64,000 nucleotides of DNA, taken from assembly GCA_038884455.1 (NCBI GenBank), contig JAWABU010000004.1, positions 906 to 64,905 of the forward strand, given 5' to 3'. This stretch comes from Thermoplasmatota archaeon. Its GTDB lineage: Archaea > Thermoplasmatota > E2 > DHVEG-1. The position numbers and the translations under genes were made by a program. Below the pieces are notes generated by a model, which worked only from the letters and a program-made list of their open reading frames with translations, ran no database searches and was not told where the DNA came from. Of the stretch, positions 10,583 through 20,722 are shown one piece after another. Each line of letters starts with the position of its first letter. Within the stretch, counting starts at the first letter, position 1.

Positions 10583-11137
10583 ATGGAAAAAACTGCATAT
10601 ACGCTCTGCAGGATTCAGCAGCAGATTTCTGATTTTTTACGTTGTAATCCTGGTGCGCATTGCCGGGAGGTGTCTCGTAGGTTGAATATTCCGTTTAGTA
10701 CGGTACGATATCATCTGGTACGTCTTGAAAAACAAAACATACTGTATTGTGTTCGTGTTGGGAAGTATGCTCGATATTATGTATCTGGGATGATCGGTGT
10801 TGATGAACGGAGTATTGTGAGTGTGCTTCGGAATGCAACACAAAAGCAGATTATAGAGGTGTTATTAGTGAATGTTGCTGTGTCAAAAGAGGAGGTAGGT
10901 AATTGTTTGCGGAGGCATCCGACGACAATTATGTTTCATTTGAACCAGCTGCTTGAACGTGATATTATAACAACCCAGGGTTGTTCTGATGCTTTGGTTG
11001 GATCAAAAGAAAACCTGGGTTGTAGTTGTCAGACGAGTTCGAGAGCAAAGTTTAAACGGTATCGGTTAAAAAAACCTGATCTGGTAGCTCAAGTTATGCA
11101 GAAATATGCAGCAGATACTTGCTTAGGAGCTAAATAG
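10583..11137 (+). CDS. transcriptional regulator with two winged-helix (ArsR/MarR-like) domains
   Basis: Two wHTH-like segments (REVSRRLNIPFSTVRYHLVRLEKQNILY...; QIIEVLL...EEVGNCLRRHPTTIMFHLNQLLERDII). Confidence 0.6.
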   Translation: MEKTAYTLCRIQQQISDFLRCNPGAHCREVSRRLNIPFSTVRYHLVRLEKQNILYCVRVGKYARYYVSGMIGVDERSIVSVLRNATQKQIIEVLLVNVAVSKEEVGNCLRRHPTTIMFHLNQLLERDIITTQGCSDALVGSKENLGCSCQTSSRAKFKRYRLKKPDLVAQVMQKYAADTCLGAK

Positions 11138-11386
11138 TATCATGGTTGAATCTGGTTAATCGTCTTTATCGAATCGTATTTGAAATAAACTACGTATCAC
11201 CTCCTCTTCGAACGATATCTAATTTTGATTTATGATATTTTATCCAAAAATAATAGCTTGTTACTTATTTTTTTATACACAAAAAACAGCTAAAAAAGGA
11301 TGATTGATCTATAAAGTATAAATATTTGGATGATACTATGTTTTTTAAAGGCTTGATAAACTCAAGCAGAGAATGGAGGAAAAGAT

Positions 11387-12811
11387 TTGATGAAGAAAAT
11401 GAAAGGAAAAGATTTTTGTATCGGGGCTGTTGTTCTTATGGTACTACTTGCAATAGCACCCTCGATAAATGCTCATGGAATAAGTAATAAACTACCTGAT
11501 GGTGGAAACGGACCTTTTACAAAATATACTCAACCTCAACCACAAGCGGATGATGACGATAATTCCGTTTACGAAGTAGTTTGGGAAGATACTTATTATG
11601 GTGCGGGGATGGTACTTGATGTTGCAAGCGATTTTGATAATAATTATATTGTTGTTGGTGTCACTCATTCATTTGAGGGAGCAGTTGTAAAATATAACGG
11701 CGTCACTGGTGAAGTCATTTGGGATAATATTATTTCTGATTCAGTGATGTTACCATTTTATGAAGGAGAAACCTATCAACCAACTTCAGATATCAGCAGA
11801 TTCTATTGTATACGAAATCTTATGTTAGATGTTCACCAGCAACGATATGATTTTTCTCTCGACCCGACTGGAGCTTATTTTATACTAATTACAGGGGTTG
11901 ACATCTTTTCGAATGGAGATGTAGTTATTGTAGCTACAGCAATTGACAATACGAATGATAATGATCCATCTGATGTATATATTGCAAAATATAGTGGATT
12001 AACAGGAGAAGTGATATGGGAGAGGCTACTTGATTTATATGTTTGGGATTTTGGATATTCGGTAGCTGTGACAAGTAATGATAATGTGATTGTTGTTGGT
12101 GTCAGTGGGGGTTATGAAACCCATAATGGTCAATTACTCCCAATCATGGATGGATGGGTATACAAACTTGATGGAGATAATGAAGGTTGTACTCTTGATC
12201 AGAGTCATATTTTTGGGATTACCCAACCACTACCATACTATTTTGATGTTGCACTCGATTCAAATAATAATGTTTTTGCCACCGGTGCTTGTCTTATTAT
12301 TGATTGGAGTAATTTTCCAGAGATCACCGATGTGCAGACGGTTGTTGTGAATAGATATAGTGGAACTACTCTTAATTTACAGAAGTCATATTACGGGAAT
12401 CCAGCAATTTTCACATGGCTATGCACGATTACTATTGACACAGAAAATAAAATCTACGTTGGAGGACATATTAACAACCCTACTACAAACCGATATATAA
12501 TGAAGTTCACAAATAATTTAAACACAAGTTTATGGACCTTGCAAAACGTTCCAGGGGAAGTTGTATGTCTTGCAGCATCAAAAAATCCCAATGTTGATGA
12601 AATAGCTGCACAAATAGGAGGTAATGGTTTTATCACTGATCGTTTCACCTTCGCCGGGGCGTTTATCGCACCTGAAATCATTGAGCATTTAAATGAGGGA
12701 TGTGGAATGGCAATTGTTTATGACGGAAATAATGATATGGTCGTAACAGGGTCCATTGAAGGAGGTTGGGATGTATACATGCATACGATGAAGTACCACA
12801 TTTTCCGGTAA
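11387..12811 (+). CDS. secreted repeat protein (beta-propeller-like repeats)
   Basis: Signal peptide with GGAGG RBS. Repeated VVGV...GEVIW blocks. Confidence 0.55.
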   Translation: MMKKMKGKDFCIGAVVLMVLLAIAPSINAHGISNKLPDGGNGPFTKYTQPQPQADDDDNSVYEVVWEDTYYGAGMVLDVASDFDNNYIVVGVTHSFEGAVVKYNGVTGEVIWDNIISDSVMLPFYEGETYQPTSDISRFYCIRNLMLDVHQQRYDFSLDPTGAYFILITGVDIFSNGDVVIVATAIDNTNDNDPSDVYIAKYSGLTGEVIWERLLDLYVWDFGYSVAVTSNDNVIVVGVSGGYETHNGQLLPIMDGWVYKLDGDNEGCTLDQSHIFGITQPLPYYFDVALDSNNNVFATGACLIIDWSNFPEITDVQTVVVNRYSGTTLNLQKSYYGNPAIFTWLCTITIDTENKIYVGGHINNPTTNRYIMKFTNNLNTSLWTLQNVPGEVVCLAASKNPNVDEIAAQIGGNGFITDRFTFAGAFIAPEIIEHLNEGCGMAIVYDGNNDMVVTGSIEGGWDVYMHTMKYHIFR

Positions 12812-12943
12812 TAAAAATCAGTAAGAAGTATATCTCCCAAGGGAATCTTTTGGGAGAATCTTCAGCTTTCATATAATTTGTTAAGTTAATAAGGATATTT
12901 AATAGAAAATTTAATATAATATAATAAATATAATAATAAAGTA

Positions 12944-14014
12944 TTGCGGGGAAATGAAAATATGTTTAAAAAAAATATTATACCTCTTTTAATGATTAGT
13001 TTCTTATTTTTAACAACAACTATTTTTTTTGCATCTACAGTTCAATCAATTATTAAAAATGAGAAAATAATATCTGAACCACGAACGATCTACGTTGACG
13101 ATGATAACCATGCAGGTCCTTGGGATGGTACTCCTGAGCATCCATATGAGACAATAACACAAGCATATAACGTTGCTATCTCGGGAGATACAATCTTTTG
13201 TTTCTCTGGTGTTTACGGAATCAGGGACCAGCGTGATTGTTATATGATAATAAATAAATCAATCAACCTTATCGGTGAGAATAGAAGTAATACATATCTT
13301 TTTAAGAGAATTGGACCGGAATTCTATTACCTAATCGTCATTGATAATGTCAATATTTCTGGCTTTCATTTTACTGTCCATAGCTCATGTCATGTTATGA
13401 CGAAAATTTTTGTGAATGCTTCTGATCATTGCACTGTGACGAATAATGATTTTCAAGATGATTTTACGATGGTTGGGGCAACAGCAATCATAAAAATAAT
13501 TGACTCGGAAGACATCATAATTTCAGACAATATCATAGGTCGACCGAATCCACCGGTGAACATTATTGGTACTCAAGGAATCATTCTAGAAAATTCAAGC
13601 AATATACAAATTTACAATAATTGTATCGATGAATATTTTTACGGAATTGTAGGCAAGCATCTTACCAAGAGCAATATTACAAACAATCAGTTGTACACGC
13701 TTGGTGGGCTGCAACTTGTTGCATCATCTCATAATATAATTTCAAATAATGTCATTGAAAATGGTATTAATGGATATGGAATATATTTACTTAGATCCTC
13801 TGATAATTCTATTATCCAAAACAATTTTATAACTAATAGAATCAGAATTAGAAAAGCATTATTTTCTGATTGTACGAATACCTGGGATCAGAATTACTGG
13901 GGTAGGGCACGATTGCTTCCAAAAATAATTTTTGGTGAAAAAACCGTGAACAACAAAATAGTACCTGCATTTCAGATTGACTATCATCCTGCAAGAGACC
14001 CCATCTCGCTTTAA
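12944..14014 (+). CDS. right-handed parallel beta-helix repeat protein (NosD/pectate-lyase-fold like), membrane anchored
   Basis: N-terminal TM/signal. Repeated I/V-x-N-N blocks (ISDNIIG, IYNNCID, ITNNQLY, ISNNVIEN). Very AT-rich relative to its neighbours. Confidence 0.6.
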   Translation: MRGNENMFKKNIIPLLMISFLFLTTTIFFASTVQSIIKNEKIISEPRTIYVDDDNHAGPWDGTPEHPYETITQAYNVAISGDTIFCFSGVYGIRDQRDCYMIINKSINLIGENRSNTYLFKRIGPEFYYLIVIDNVNISGFHFTVHSSCHVMTKIFVNASDHCTVTNNDFQDDFTMVGATAIIKIIDSEDIIISDNIIGRPNPPVNIIGTQGIILENSSNIQIYNNCIDEYFYGIVGKHLTKSNITNNQLYTLGGLQLVASSHNIISNNVIENGINGYGIYLLRSSDNSIIQNNFITNRIRIRKALFSDCTNTWDQNYWGRARLLPKIIFGEKTVNNKIVPAFQIDYHPARDPISL

Positions 14015-14104
14015 ATAACTATACAACAAAAACGGCTTTGGTTCATAATTAATATCTAAGAATCGCATATCCTCCTGCGCGAGGGATGGGTATGCGAAAA
14101 ACAA

Positions 14105-14760
14105 ATTGGAAAATCTACGAGAAAGCAGAGGAGGAAGAATTCCGACTCTTCCTTGAAATTGGCAAAAAATTATCTGGGATCAACAACCACCACAATACTG
14201 GAGAACAAAGAAAAAGAGACCAGGAAGACCACCGGCATACGATTGGAAAGGATTGGTGATCCTCCTGCTCTTGAAGATGTTTTACCGATTGAAATTCCGA
14301 GAGATCACTTCATTTGCTAAAGGGTTTCCTGGTCTTCGAGAACTCTTAGAACTCAAGAAAACACCAAGCAGATCAACCCTCAACGGACCATGAAGAAATT
14401 GGATAAAGCTTGGTTACGAACAGTGAACGATGCCATTATTGCTGAGTTTAAAAAAAGCGGAAACACATCGGTATTGATTACAGCGGAGAAACAGTTAATC
14501 ACTACTCACCGTGGTACTGCTTAAGAACTAAGAAGAAAACCAGAAAACGCGATTTCAAAAAGATCCATGTCGCAATGGAAATTAAAGGCCCTGAAAAACC
14601 TATCTACTCCATCGAAGTGACTAAAGCAACACGACATGATTCTTCTCTTCTGATTCCGTTACTTGACCGGATCACTGGAAAGATCGGGGATGTCTGCGGT
14701 GATAAAGGACTCTCATCACGACGCAATGCACAATACATCCCGAGTTTCGCACGTGAATAA
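14105..14760 (+). pseudogene. IS5-family transposase, N-terminal part, multiple frameshifts
   Basis: Conserved IS5 motifs are spread over three reading frames. Only a 61-codon ORF (14575..14760) is intact. Confidence 0.6.
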
Positions 14761-14802
14761 AAGTTAAGTGCCTTCAGTGTTTGTATTTTTATTGGTGCAA
14801 AA

Positions 14803-16311
14803 ATGCAAACTGTACTGAAGACACCAAACCACATAAAGCTCAACAAGAATAAGACCTTTCCGATAGGAACAATCCAAACCGTCAAAACCATTTTCGAAAA
14901 ACTTCATCTTTCCCAACTCCTTGATGATCTCAAACACTGCGGCTATAGGCTCAGCGGACTCTCTACTGGGCTGGTCTCCTACAAAATGACCGAGAATTTC
15001 TCAATCAGCAGATGTCATCAATGGATGACATCCAATCCAATGCTTCTGGAATACCTCCAATTGTCTGCTTTTGAGGATGATGCCTTGTACCGTGGCCTTG
15101 CAATCCTTGGAGAGAATAAACACGTGATCCTCAGTCACCTTTTACACGTCCTCAAAGAAGAATACGGTGTGGGACTGGATATGGTGTTCATGGATTGGAG
15201 CACCGTGTACTTCGAAGCCAAACCAACAGAGTACATCAAATATGGACATACTCGTGATCATCGACCTGACAGGCCGTAGGTCGCCATAGGACTGGCACAA
15301 GACCAAGGAACTCAACTCCCTGTTGGACTGACCATTCAACCTGGGAACATAAACGATCAAAAACACTTCAAAGTCACTTACCAAAAGATCAAACCAGGAC
15401 TCAGAACTGGGAGTGTCCTGGTTTTTGATGCCGGTGTCACTGGCATCCCAAACTTCGATCTCCTTGGTTCGGACAAAATGAGGTATCTCTCCCGGATGAA
15501 ACTCAACACAAGCGACATTAAACACCATCTGAACACATTCAACAAGGAGGAATGGACACCTGTTGTCACCGGCAACAGGGACGAAGAGGTCTATGGGAAA
15601 CAGCTGGTGTTCCCCAGCAGGACCAAATACCTGTACTTCTCCCAGAACCTCTACGATAACACCATGAAAAACAGGAGAAAGCACCTGGAACAAGAGTACG
15701 ACGAAGCGCTAGACCTGCGGAAAACCATACAACAAGGGAAACGACCACGGAAGAAATACCGCAACAGCAACCACTTCCTGCAAACACACCTGTCCTACAC
15801 CTTCCCCCTCACCGGCCTCTCTCGTGAGCAGGCGATAGAGCGTGCATTACAGCTTTCCATTACCGGGAAAGAAGGATTTTTTGCACTCGTATCAAGCAAA
15901 GATTTCTCACTTCACGAAGCACTCCAATACTACCGTGAAAAGGATGGTGTGGAGAAGCTGTTCAACAGCATCAAAAATGAGCTTCATGTGCGACCTACAC
16001 GCTGCTGGACACAGGAGGCGATCGACGGATCCATCCTCATCGTCTACCTTGCTCAACTCGTCATAAGTTTACTCCGCTACAAACATGACAAGCTGCGTCA
16101 TCTTTCAACAAAATTCATCATGCAAAGCCTGAGCAATTTCGCACTTACCATCGTTGTGGGTAAAAATGGGGTGAAAAACCGTGTTTTTTCCAATTTTGAC
16201 TGGATCAATACCCTGGTTTTTTTTGTGGAAAAACACCAGGATCGTAGGTTTTTCAGCCTGTTTGGCTGGCTGAAAACGAGAAAATTGTGTCATGTGCGAA
16301 ATGTGTTCTAA
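14803..16311 (+). pseudogene. IS1634/IS4-like DDE transposase interrupted by a single in-frame TAG at 15277
   Basis: ORFs 14803..15279 and 15478..16311 are in the same frame. The sequence reads through as ..GHTRDHRPDRP*VAIGLAQDQ.. and the DHRPD motif resembles the IS1634 signature. Confidence 0.6.
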
Positions 16312-16312
16312 T

Positions 16313-16623
16313 CAATAAAAGATCAATCACCTGCGAAAGTCAGGATACATCGCCAAACGAGGCGGTACACCCTCCTCATGATGAAAAAGAACAGCATCAG
16401 CAAAAGCAAAGGATGCCCCGCCTGGCACAAGATGCACAAATCCCGAGAAAAGGACGAAAAAGCTTGGGACAAACATTATCACAAACGCTCCAATAGCGAA
16501 GCAGGATTCGGCTCATTCAAACAACAAACCAACTCCTATCTTTCCAGTAGAAACCGGGAAATGTCAAACCAACGAAATATGGCTAAAAACAATAGGATAC
16601 AACATACGACAATTGATCCATAG
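16313..16623 (+). pseudogene. IS5-family transposase C-terminal fragment
   Basis: ..RIHRQTRRY..KGCPAWHKMH..YHKRSNSEAGFGSFKQ.. matches the IS5 C-terminal region that carries the catalytic Glu. Confidence 0.5.
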
Positions 16624-16730
16624 AAAAATACGACTGGAGGTCACAAGAGGTGAATTATGAACCAAGGCCAAAAGCTCAAAAACATTTATATAGTGCACAG
16701 CTATAAATTAATTACGGGGATAGTTTACGT

Positions 16731-18620
16731 ATGAAGAATACAAAAACGTTGATGATCGTCAGTATGCTTCTTTGGAGTGGTTTTGGAGCTAGTATCATCC
16801 AAGCAACAAATAATCAAACCTATGAAACAATGCAGGTTGTTGTATCGTTTTCTCAGCCGATAGTTACCAATGGAAACGATGGGCTGTCGGTTTCTCTTGC
16901 TGAGGCAACATCTGTCTTAAATACACCTGGCGGGTATATGCTTCCTCAGGTTACCAAAGTTTTTAGTTTTCCGTTTCGCACACAAATCATTGGTATAGAC
17001 GTGGTTTTTTCCGATATAACAACACAACTACTACCACAAGAACCTGCTCGTGCAACTCAACCAGTCTCTGATCTTGGTTTTTCAGCACATATTGAAGAAA
17101 TAGATCTCTCAACATATACACTGTATCCTGAAAATCAGTATAGTTATTCACTTGCAACAGGTCGTCAGGGTGACAGTATCGTACTTTTTATTGTTGTACG
17201 GTTAACTCCTGTTCAGTTCAACCAGAAAGACATGCTGCTTACAACTGCAAAAACCGCTGATATTACCATTACTTATAGAGTACCAGAACATCCAACCATA
17301 CTTGCTGATACCTATGATTTACTTATCATTACTCCTGATGATTTTGCTGCTGCAGTAGAACCCTTGGTTGTTCATAAGAATGCGATGGGGGTTCAGACAA
17401 AACTGGTTACCCGATCTGAGATCTGCGCTGGAACCTATTTCCCTGCGCAGGGTCGTGATTGTGCTGAGGAGATGAAATATTTCATTAAATCTGCATTGGA
17501 ATCCTGGGGAATAAAATATGTTCTTTTGGTTGGCGGCCGGAAAGGAGGCGTTATGCAGGAGAAATGGTGGATGCCGGTTCGCTATTCAAATCTTGATGAT
17601 TCCTCTGGTTTTGAGGCAAGTTATCTGTCTGATTTGTATTTCGCTGATATCTATGATGCCTATGGAAATTTCTCAAGCTGGGATACAAATGAAAACGGTG
17701 TTTTTGCTGAATGGAAAGGTGCTACCAGGGATATTCTTGATATGTATCCTGATGTGTTTGTCGGTCGTCTTGCGTGTTTGAATACCCGTGAGGTGAAGCT
17801 TATGGTTGATAAGATTATTACCTATGAGACTGAAACATATGGGTCTGCATGGTTTAAGCGTTTTATTGGCGTTGCTGGTGATACCTATCCTGGGCCAACA
17901 GATCCGTATTATGAAGGGGAACGTGCGAATGAAGCTGCGTTTAATCTGCTTGAAAGTTCTGGTTTTACCGCAACTATGGTATGGACATCCAATGGTATAT
18001 TTACTGGAAAAAAGCCGGTGATTGATGCGTATAGTAAGGGTGCTGGTTTTGTGCATTTTTCAGGGCATGGTAATCCGAATGCATGGGGTAATCACCCACC
18101 GCATAATGATACGTTTATTAACGGACCGACGTCCTTTGAGATGGGGAAATTAAAGAATAAAGAAATGCAGCCGATTGTGATTGTTGGCGGATGTCACAAT
18201 GCTCAGTTTAATACAAGTTTGTTGAATATTGTAAAAGGTGTACTTACTGATGGCCTTCAGTATTTTAGTACAAAGTCTCCACTGGGAAAATACTGGTATC
18301 GGGAATGGGTTCCCCGATGTTGGGCTTGGGCGATGGCTGCACAGAAAAACGGCGGGTGTATTGCGATTATGGCAAATACTGGTCTTGGGTATGGACAACC
18401 TGGTGAGAATTGCTTAACGATGCGTGGGCGGTTCCTTGAAGTCTTATTTTTCCGGAGTTACAGTGAGGGAAAAACAGTACTTGGTGAAACTCATGGGCAA
18501 GATATGATCTATTACATGCATGAATATCCTCCGATGAGCAATGTGATTGATTGTAAGATTGTTCAGCAGTGGGCATTGCTTGGTGATCCAAGTCTTCAGA
18601 TTGGAGGATATCCAAATTAG
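16731..18620 (+). CDS. secreted clan CD cysteine peptidase (gingipain/C25-like), paralog of 6217..8079
   Basis: Signal peptide. FSGHGNPNAWGNH (His) and IVIVGGCHNAQFNTSL (Cys). Long stretches near-identical to the 620-aa paralog (VLLVGG.KG...VPVRY.NLDD...). TATAAATTA box at ~16703. Confidence 0.65.
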   Translation: MKNTKTLMIVSMLLWSGFGASIIQATNNQTYETMQVVVSFSQPIVTNGNDGLSVSLAEATSVLNTPGGYMLPQVTKVFSFPFRTQIIGIDVVFSDITTQLLPQEPARATQPVSDLGFSAHIEEIDLSTYTLYPENQYSYSLATGRQGDSIVLFIVVRLTPVQFNQKDMLLTTAKTADITITYRVPEHPTILADTYDLLIITPDDFAAAVEPLVVHKNAMGVQTKLVTRSEICAGTYFPAQGRDCAEEMKYFIKSALESWGIKYVLLVGGRKGGVMQEKWWMPVRYSNLDDSSGFEASYLSDLYFADIYDAYGNFSSWDTNENGVFAEWKGATRDILDMYPDVFVGRLACLNTREVKLMVDKIITYETETYGSAWFKRFIGVAGDTYPGPTDPYYEGERANEAAFNLLESSGFTATMVWTSNGIFTGKKPVIDAYSKGAGFVHFSGHGNPNAWGNHPPHNDTFINGPTSFEMGKLKNKEMQPIVIVGGCHNAQFNTSLLNIVKGVLTDGLQYFSTKSPLGKYWYREWVPRCWAWAMAAQKNGGCIAIMANTGLGYGQPGENCLTMRGRFLEVLFFRSYSEGKTVLGETHGQDMIYYMHEYPPMSNVIDCKIVQQWALLGDPSLQIGGYPN

Positions 18621-18679
18621 TCGGTTTTTCGTTTATAGACAATTAGTCAGGTGATGCAATGATATTTTAAGGTGCCTCT

Positions 18680-19969
18680 ATGAACCATGGCGCATATTTT
18701 GGAGTGATGCTTTGTTGTTTTCTATGCATCGGTGTTATCCAACAGCCGTATTATGTTCAATCCGCTGGTGCAACTAGTTCTGATCAAACAGAAGATATTC
18801 TTGAGATGATCAGTCAGGTTGATGAAGGACTTGTGCAAAACTATGTTACAAAGCTTTGTGCGTTTCGACCACGGTATACTGGAACTACGCTGTGTACTCT
18901 TGCAGCTCAGTATCTATTTGATGAGTTGAGTTCTATGGGTCTTGAAACTAGTTTTCATGAGTGGTTCTATAAGGGTTTTAGAAGTAGGAATGTGGTTGCA
19001 ACACTTCCTGGTACTGATCCAGAGAGTACTGCTGTTTTTATTATCTGCGGGCATTATGATACTGTGGAAGTATCACCAGGTGCTGATGATGATGCGTCTG
19101 GTGTTGCATCGGTGCTTGCCTGTGCTCGTATTATGAGTCAGTATTCTTTTCCTCATACGATACGTTTTATTGCTTTTTCTGGTGAAGAGGTTGGAACACT
19201 GGGGAGTTTTTCGTATGCACGTGATGCGTATCGGCAGGAAGACAATATTGTTGCAGTATTAAATCTTGATATGGTTGGATATGCAAACAGTGCTGAGGGT
19301 GGAAGCACTCTTCGGTTTTTTCCAGCACCGCGAGCACGGTGGATAGCAGATTTTGCAGAAAGCATCAGTGAAAAATACAAGGATATCATTGATATGAATG
19401 TTGAGATTCTTCCATGTTATATTGGTTCTGATGCGCAGCCTTTTATTGATTATGGGTATGATGGTGTATGGATTGCGCATCATGATGGGTATTCCTGGGG
19501 CCATTCAGCAGATGATGTTCCTGAGCATTTGAATTACACGTATCATGCAAAAGCAACTCGTTTTATGCTTGCGGTGCTTGCTGAGTTTGCGATTAAACCC
19601 CTACCGGTTCAGGTGATTATTAAAACACCGTTGGAAGGGTATGGGTATTTTTTTGATCGACCTACGATAAAACTTGATCTTGGTAAACAGTGGTATAAAG
19701 GCCTCCGGGGGATCACGATTGCCATCGGTCGTCCTGTTGTTCGGGTTGATGTTCTGAGCAGTGAACCGATTAAGTATGTTGTTTTTTGTGTTGATGGGAA
19801 TTTTATGTATTGGGATAGTCAAGCGCCGTTTGAATGGAAACTAGGAGGTTTGCATTATCCACTGGTTGGTCGACATACACTTCAGGTCTATGCGTATACA
19901 ACTGAGGGAAACAGTGCTGTAGATGAGATGCAAATTATTATACTCACATTTTCATGTCAGTATTCATAA
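18680..19969 (+). CDS. secreted M28 family aminopeptidase with C-terminal Ig-like module
   Basis: Signal peptide. M28 metal-site motifs HYDTV...GADDDASGVA...FSGEEVG. AAGGTG RBS. Confidence 0.8.
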   Translation: MNHGAYFGVMLCCFLCIGVIQQPYYVQSAGATSSDQTEDILEMISQVDEGLVQNYVTKLCAFRPRYTGTTLCTLAAQYLFDELSSMGLETSFHEWFYKGFRSRNVVATLPGTDPESTAVFIICGHYDTVEVSPGADDDASGVASVLACARIMSQYSFPHTIRFIAFSGEEVGTLGSFSYARDAYRQEDNIVAVLNLDMVGYANSAEGGSTLRFFPAPRARWIADFAESISEKYKDIIDMNVEILPCYIGSDAQPFIDYGYDGVWIAHHDGYSWGHSADDVPEHLNYTYHAKATRFMLAVLAEFAIKPLPVQVIIKTPLEGYGYFFDRPTIKLDLGKQWYKGLRGITIAIGRPVVRVDVLSSEPIKYVVFCVDGNFMYWDSQAPFEWKLGGLHYPLVGRHTLQVYAYTTEGNSAVDEMQIIILTFSCQYS

Positions 19970-19976
19970 AAGAACA

Positions 19977-20687
19977 ATGATACGTATGGCAAAAAGTATT
20001 GGTTTCCTTGCTGTTTTTCTGGTGACTTGTTCGTTTGCTTCATCGTATCATGTGGTATGTACAAATGAACTGATTATTTTTCCCTCTTCACCGGTTGTGC
20101 TGGTTACCGGTTTTGAGCCTTTTGCTGATTTTGATATTAATCCGTCGCAGATAATCGTTGAGGAACTCCAGAATCAAACAGTTCATGGTCTGCAGGTTGT
20201 TGGGGTGGTATTGCCAGTTAATTTTACTTCTGCTGATATGATACTTGTTCAGGTACTCCAGCACTATCAACCGTTTCTCATGATCAGTCTTGGTTTGTCA
20301 CCCAAGGCAACTACTCTTGAAGTTGAGACATGGGCTGTGAATATGAAACGATATCCGCTTGATTCAGGAAGGTGGTCGTTTCCTCGAAAAATAGAGCAGG
20401 ATGGTCCTTTGCTTCGTTTATCATCCCTCAATACCCGTGCGGTTATTCGGGAGTTGAAAAATCATGATATCCCATCGGAGCAGAGTTTTTTTGCTGGTAC
20501 GTATCTCTGTAATTATGTATTTTACCGAGCACAAAGCATTGTGAAAACAATGGATCTTTCTACTCATGTTGGTTTTATACATGTCCCCCTCCTTGATGTG
20601 CAAAGTCAACACGGTATGAAACTTCAAACTATGGTTGATGGCGTGAAAGTAGTCATTGGTTTGTACTCTACTTCAAACAGCATATGA
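19977..20687 (+). CDS. pcp: pyroglutamyl peptidase I (C15) with N-terminal signal/anchor
   Basis: VLVTGFEPFADFDINPSQ core and a conserved C-terminal region. N-terminus MIRMAKSIGFLAVFLVTCSFASS is hydrophobic. Start chosen downstream of the M28 stop. Confidence 0.75.
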   Translation: MIRMAKSIGFLAVFLVTCSFASSYHVVCTNELIIFPSSPVVLVTGFEPFADFDINPSQIIVEELQNQTVHGLQVVGVVLPVNFTSADMILVQVLQHYQPFLMISLGLSPKATTLEVETWAVNMKRYPLDSGRWSFPRKIEQDGPLLRLSSLNTRAVIRELKNHDIPSEQSFFAGTYLCNYVFYRAQSIVKTMDLSTHVGFIHVPLLDVQSQHGMKLQTMVDGVKVVIGLYSTSNSI

Positions 20688-20722
20688 AAAAGTTTTATAA
20701 AGAAATGAGTGCTTGACTTAGT

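Larger units (their letters stand above)
14105..16623. mobile_element. nested decayed IS elements: IS5-family element interrupted by an IS1634/IS4-like element
   Basis: IS5-like transposase N-terminal fragments (PGRPPAYDWKGLVILLLLKMFYRLKF.., GIDYSG, ..HD.., GDKGLSSRRN) end at 14760. The C-terminal continuation (..YHKRSNSEAGFGSFKQ..) resumes at ~16313. A ~500-codon DDE transposase ORF lies in between. Confidence 0.65.

Noticed and set aside
15277-15279. In-frame TAG as a pyrrolysine codon
   Set aside because: TAG is used as an ordinary stop for at least two good genes in the window (11135-11137, 18618-18620), and no Pyl machinery is visible. A nonsense mutation in a decaying IS is more parsimonious.
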